From Macrostomum hystrix (lineage: Eukaryota > Animalia > Platyhelminthes), in the NCBI GenBank assembly GCA_950097015.1, contig CATNEN010000011.1, positions 124,001 through 188,000 of the forward strand: 64,000 bases of DNA, written 5' to 3'. Positions 61,841-64,000 of this stretch are shown here, in pieces (position 1 is the stretch's first letter; each line of letters opens with the position of its first letter). Below the pieces are notes generated by a model. The model had not been told where the DNA came from. It worked only from the letters and a program-made list of their open reading frames with translations, and did not search any database. The position numbers and the translations under genes were made by a program.

Positions 61841-63283
61841 TCAATTACAGCGAAACTTACAAGATCTTCTGATGCAACTAAGATAACGTTCCAAACAAAA
61901 TATAATCTATTTTTTGTCAATGCACAAAAGAATTACACAGCTTTGAAGTTTGTTCCTATAGCTCCGCAGTGTATTTTCATGTACTTTCAAAAAGACACTT
62001 CTACTGCATCAATTAAACGCAATGAAAATTTACAAAACCTCTGATGCAATCGATCGAGTTGATTGGATGTGTACAATTTCAGACTGATTCATGAAAGCGT
62101 CTGCGGGTTATTCAAGGTTAAAGTGTGTTTCGTATCTCCGTAGTGTATTTTTTGGAGCCAGCTTGACATTCGCAGGCAGACACTTCTACTGCATCAATCG
62201 CAATGAAAGTTTACAAAACCTCTGATGCAATCGAATTGATTGGATGTGTACAATTTCAGACTGATTCATGATAGCGTCTGCGGGTTATCAAGGTTAAAGT
62301 GTGTTTCGTACTTTTTACTCTGGCGTGGTTGAGCATTGCACGCAAAGGGACTCGAGCAGTTGTAGCATATTTACCTGTCTGTACGGGCGCAGCATTATGC
62401 TAGGCAAAAGCCTGGCGTTTCCGACGGATTTTTCACTACTGAGGAATGCGCGAGCGTACATCTGGAAGCTGGTAATCCAAAATTACTCCTTGACACCGCA
62501 GGGATTGTCTGTCCCTATTGCGATCCAGCTTTCCGTGACGCAAGTTTTGTACACACGGCATATGAACACATATGAACACAGATATAATCTGCAGATGCGA
62601 GTAGATTTGTGTTATACACATAAAAAGCAGCGTTTTCTCATTTCCTTTTTAGTGCTCACTTGTCTGGGATTCCACGAAGAAAGCACATGCATCGTATCAC
62701 GTGGCTCATCGTACTTCTGTCGGAGCTGTCGATCATTATTCGAAAACTGAACTGAATCGATAGACATGCACACAACCTCTGTGCGCAGTCGTCGATCGAC
62801 GTGGGTCGACCCACCTACCCTGGGACCCCACTCCATAAATTCTACTCAAAGTATATGACTTTTCTACCTTTCCATGCCAGCTCTAGAAATCCTGGTTTGG
62901 GACGGGACCCGGCCGTCCCTCGTGGGACTGTGACAATTATTCATGCAGTAGAAGTGTCTGCCTGCGAATATCAATTAAGCTGGCTCCCAAAACTACACTA
63001 CAGAGATACGAAACACACTTTAACCTTGAATAATCCGCAGACGCTTTCATGAATCAGTCTGAAATTGCACACATCTAATCAACTCGATTGCATCAGAAGT
63101 TTTGTAAATTTTCATCGCGATTGATGCAGTGTCTTTTTGAAAGTACAAGAAAATACCCTGCGGAGATAGGAACAATCTTCAAAGCAGTGTAATTCTATTA
63201 TGTATTGACAAAAATAAATTATATTTATTTTGGAACGTTATTTTAGTTGCATCAGAAGATCTGTTAAGTTTCGCTGTAATTGA
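61841..63283. mobile_element. Foldback-like element with about 340-350 bp inverted arms
   Basis: 61841-62194 is the imperfect reverse complement of 62944-63283; 62179-62310 is a direct copy of 61994-62134. Confidence 0.8.
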
Positions 63284-63284
63284 T

Positions 63285-63420
63285 CACCCGACGGCAGAGG
63301 TCTAGACGGGGAAAAAGCTTAAAATATCTCCCGTCTAGCCTGGAAAAAGCTCGTCTGTTAAGCTTTCTTCTATGGACTAGACCGGAAAAAGCTCATCTGT
63401 TTTAACTAACTAGTACTTCA
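63285..63420 (+). repeat. Possible left end of another CMC-type element (CACCC terminus plus three CTAG-x-GGAAAAAGCT motifs)
   Basis: Three spaced copies of a motif follow CACCCGACGGCA; no partner end in the window. Confidence 0.3.
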
Positions 63421-64000
63421 ATGCAGCAAGGCTAGAAATTAAGCGATTTATTGTGTTTTGTTTAACCTGTTAAAAATCCTAAATTTTGAAATACGACTTT
63501 GTTTTAAAGTGCTGTTTGAATAAAAACGAATTTAAAATTCATCAGCACGGGGCTGGCACTGGTATATGATTCATTATCAGGTTTGATGTTACTTGCAGAA
63601 TTTACAAGCTAGTCAGTTGCTTTAAAGCTATACATAGATGTGACTTACATTGTATGGTGAAGTTGAAGATTGCTTTTTGTCGAATATGAATTTTCTTGTA
63701 ATGTAACAGTAAAGCCACTATATTACTACTTGCTAGATTAGAAAGTTGTAGTAACAGGTTACAGGAATTAACTATTAACTCAGGTTCTTTAGCTTTATGG
63801 GCTTTTTCTGATGTGAAACTTTTGTTAAGTAGAAATCAAGCTAGGCTATGCCTAGGCACGATATATTTTCTAAACATTTGATCTATTTATCCAATAATGT
63901 GCTGATAAAAACTGCATAGTTAGAACCTTTTGTTATTATTAATGCTAGTTTATATATATAAATGCTAGCTGTCCAGTCCTCTTAGTTACCCAGCCCTCTA

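Noticed and set aside
62301-63052. ORFs in the foldback spacer as a transposase
   Set aside because: No DDE or DNA-binding motif; they partly translate the repeat arms.

Overview
Intron-containing metazoan (invertebrate-type) genomic DNA dominated by transposable elements; there is no sign of a prokaryotic locus or CRISPR array. Bases 1-18.7 kb form a nest that can be rebuilt from target-site duplications (TSDs). An outer EnSpm/CACTA-like (CMC) transposon holds a split solo LTR (TSD GCAT). That LTR holds a minisatellite-bearing Helentron-like element, which holds CMC element A (2875-9611), which holds a hAT-type MITE. CMC element B (10619-16094, TSD CT) inserted next to the LTR. Further right are a Crypton fragment, a THAP/P-superfamily element (7-bp TSD), a young but apparently protease-less Ty3/gypsy element (390-bp LTRs), an intact DD34D mariner, decayed gypsy, RTE, Penelope, piggyBac and pogo pieces, several MITEs and a foldback element. 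Two spliced host genes are largely invisible in the ORF track. One is a minus-strand gene (25925 to about 20837) with tandem RIG-I/MAVS-like CARD domains. The other is a plus-strand CCAP/NPS/vasopressin-family GPCR (about 47582-56491) with altered activation microswitches. All family assignments come from motif recognition by eye; no database search was run.
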